Shown here: positions 62,490 to 64,000 of the stretch, piece by piece
How the letters are laid out: every line of letters begins with the position of its first letter
Numbering within the stretch: position 1 is the first letter of the stretch
Source: Callorhinchus milii
Lineage: Eukaryota
Assembly (NCBI RefSeq): GCF_018977255.1
Contig: NW_024704743.1
Location: forward strand, 110,300,001-110,364,000
Direction of reading: 5' to 3'
DNA length: 64,000 nt
Position numbers and translations under genes: made by a program
Notes under the pieces: model-generated
Database searches by the model: none
What the model saw: only the letters and a program-made list of their open reading frames with translations
Told to the model about the DNA's origin: nothing

Positions 62490-63772
62490 AGCACTGCTCC
62501 CTTGACCCCATCCCCACTCCACTCCTTATCTCCCAGCTCCACCTCCTTGCCCCACATATCACAGACATCGTCAACCTGTCTCTCTCCTCTGGCTCTGTTC
62601 CCATTCCCTTAAAAACTGCCATCATCACGCCCACCCTGAAAAAACCCTCCCTTGATGCATCGCAGCTATCAAGCTACCGGCCCATCTCCAACCTCCCCTT
62701 CCTGGCCAAGGTCCTGGAACGAGTTGTCGCCTCCCAGCTGCGCTCTTTCCTCTCCACCCATTCACTATTCGAACCCCTTCAGTCGGGTTTCCATGCTGCC
62801 CATAGCACAGAAACTGCCCTGGTCAAGGTCACCAATGACATCCTGACTATCTGTGACCAGGGCTCTCTCTGCCTCCTCGACCTCCTCGACCTATCGGCAG
62901 CATTCGATACGGTCGACCACGCTATCCTCCAACACCACTTGTCCTCCCACCTAAACCTTCAAGGCACTGTCCTTTCTCCCTCACATCCGCACCACAACTG
63001 GCACCGCCTTCCATCACCTCCGGAACATCGCCAGACTACGGCATTACCTCACCCCTCACGCTGCTGAAACCGATGACACCCAACTCTACCTTTCCTCCTC
63101 TACCCTCAACTCCACGACCATCGATGTCCTGACAGCCTGCCTGTCCGACATCGAGTCCTGGACGAGAGATAACTTTCTTCAGCTCAACGTGCATAAAACT
63201 GAGGCCCTCCTGATTGGCTCACGTTAGCGCCTCCGCACCTCAGGCGCTGACAGCATCAGCATCCAAGGCTGCACTCTCCAACTCTCGAAGCCAGTCAGGA
63301 ACCTCGGTGTTCTGTTCGACCCTGAGCTGTCCTTTTTCCCTCATATCCGCGCCACAACTGGCACCGCCTTCCATCACCTACCAGACTACGGCTCTACCTC
63401 ACCCCTCACGCTGCTGAAACTCTGGTCCACGCCTTTGTCACCTCAAGGCTGGACTATGGGAACTCTCTCCTCGCCGGCCTTCCCGGCACCTCCCTCCACA
63501 AGCTGCAGGTCATTCAGAACTCTATCCCCCAGTGCCTCCGCCTTGCCTCCTCCCTTTCCTCCTTCAAGGCCGGTCTCAAGACCTTTCTCTTTGACCGTGC
63601 CTTCAGCTCCCCTCTCGACTCTCTACCCCCTCCTCGCTCCCTCCCTTCCCTCCCCTCACCCTGACCATTTCCCCCCTGCTCGAGTCCTGACCCAACTGTA
63701 CAGCGCCTTGGGACGTCCTCCCGACGTGAAAGGCGCTCTATAAATGGAATCTTGTTGCTGTTGTTGTTGTTG
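62490..63772 (+). mobile_element. Young L2, internally rearranged
   Basis: YRPISNLPFLAKVLE, DLSAAFDTVDH and DDTQLY. Sequence jumps occur at ~62973, ~63071 and ~63520. The tail is essentially the same as in 2476-2570. Confidence 0.92.
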
Positions 63773-64000
63773 CAGTGTTTCCCCAGCACCGCATTGGACA
63801 GTCTTGAACCCACAACCTTCTGACACAGAGATGAGAGTGCCACCAACTGAGCCAGGCTGCACCACCTGATGGACATTTTGTTGCTCAGTGACACATCATC
63901 CTAGTACTGTGGCTACTGCTGTAATGTCTGTAACACTTCCCTTTCTGCGTGAACAGAACAGAATGTGATATAATAAAAGTTAATATACTGGCAAATGGTG

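Noticed and set aside
63783..63803. REST/NRSE-like CAGCACC...GGACAG
   Set aside because: The spacer is non-canonical (5 bp) and the site lies inside a degenerate Deu-SINE head.

Overview
This is repeat-rich vertebrate genomic DNA, most likely from a cartilaginous fish (probably a holocephalan such as elephant shark). That assignment is inferred from the mix of L2 and CR1 LINEs, Deu-type SINEs and other tRNA-derived SINEs. I could not recognise a host protein-coding gene, so the window looks like a large intron or an intergenic region. The only long intact ORF (2625-3785, minus strand) is the 5'-truncated ORF2 of a young L2 nested antisense inside an older L2. At least three L2 lineages, CR1 3' fragments and two SINE families sharing an L2-like tail dominate. 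The less ordinary observations are: (1) a decayed non-L2/non-CR1 retrotransposon at 29.6-31.2 kb with a second fragment at 1-450; (2) a composite inverted duplication of about 230 bp with nearby fold-back hairpins at 50.8-53.0 kb; (3) a candidate 15-nt microexon or recursive splice site at 53803-53817; (4) rearranged or 5'-inverted L2 copies; (5) several unclassified ancient repeat families. Repeat boundaries were read by eye and are approximate, and family names come from remembered consensus similarity, not database searches.
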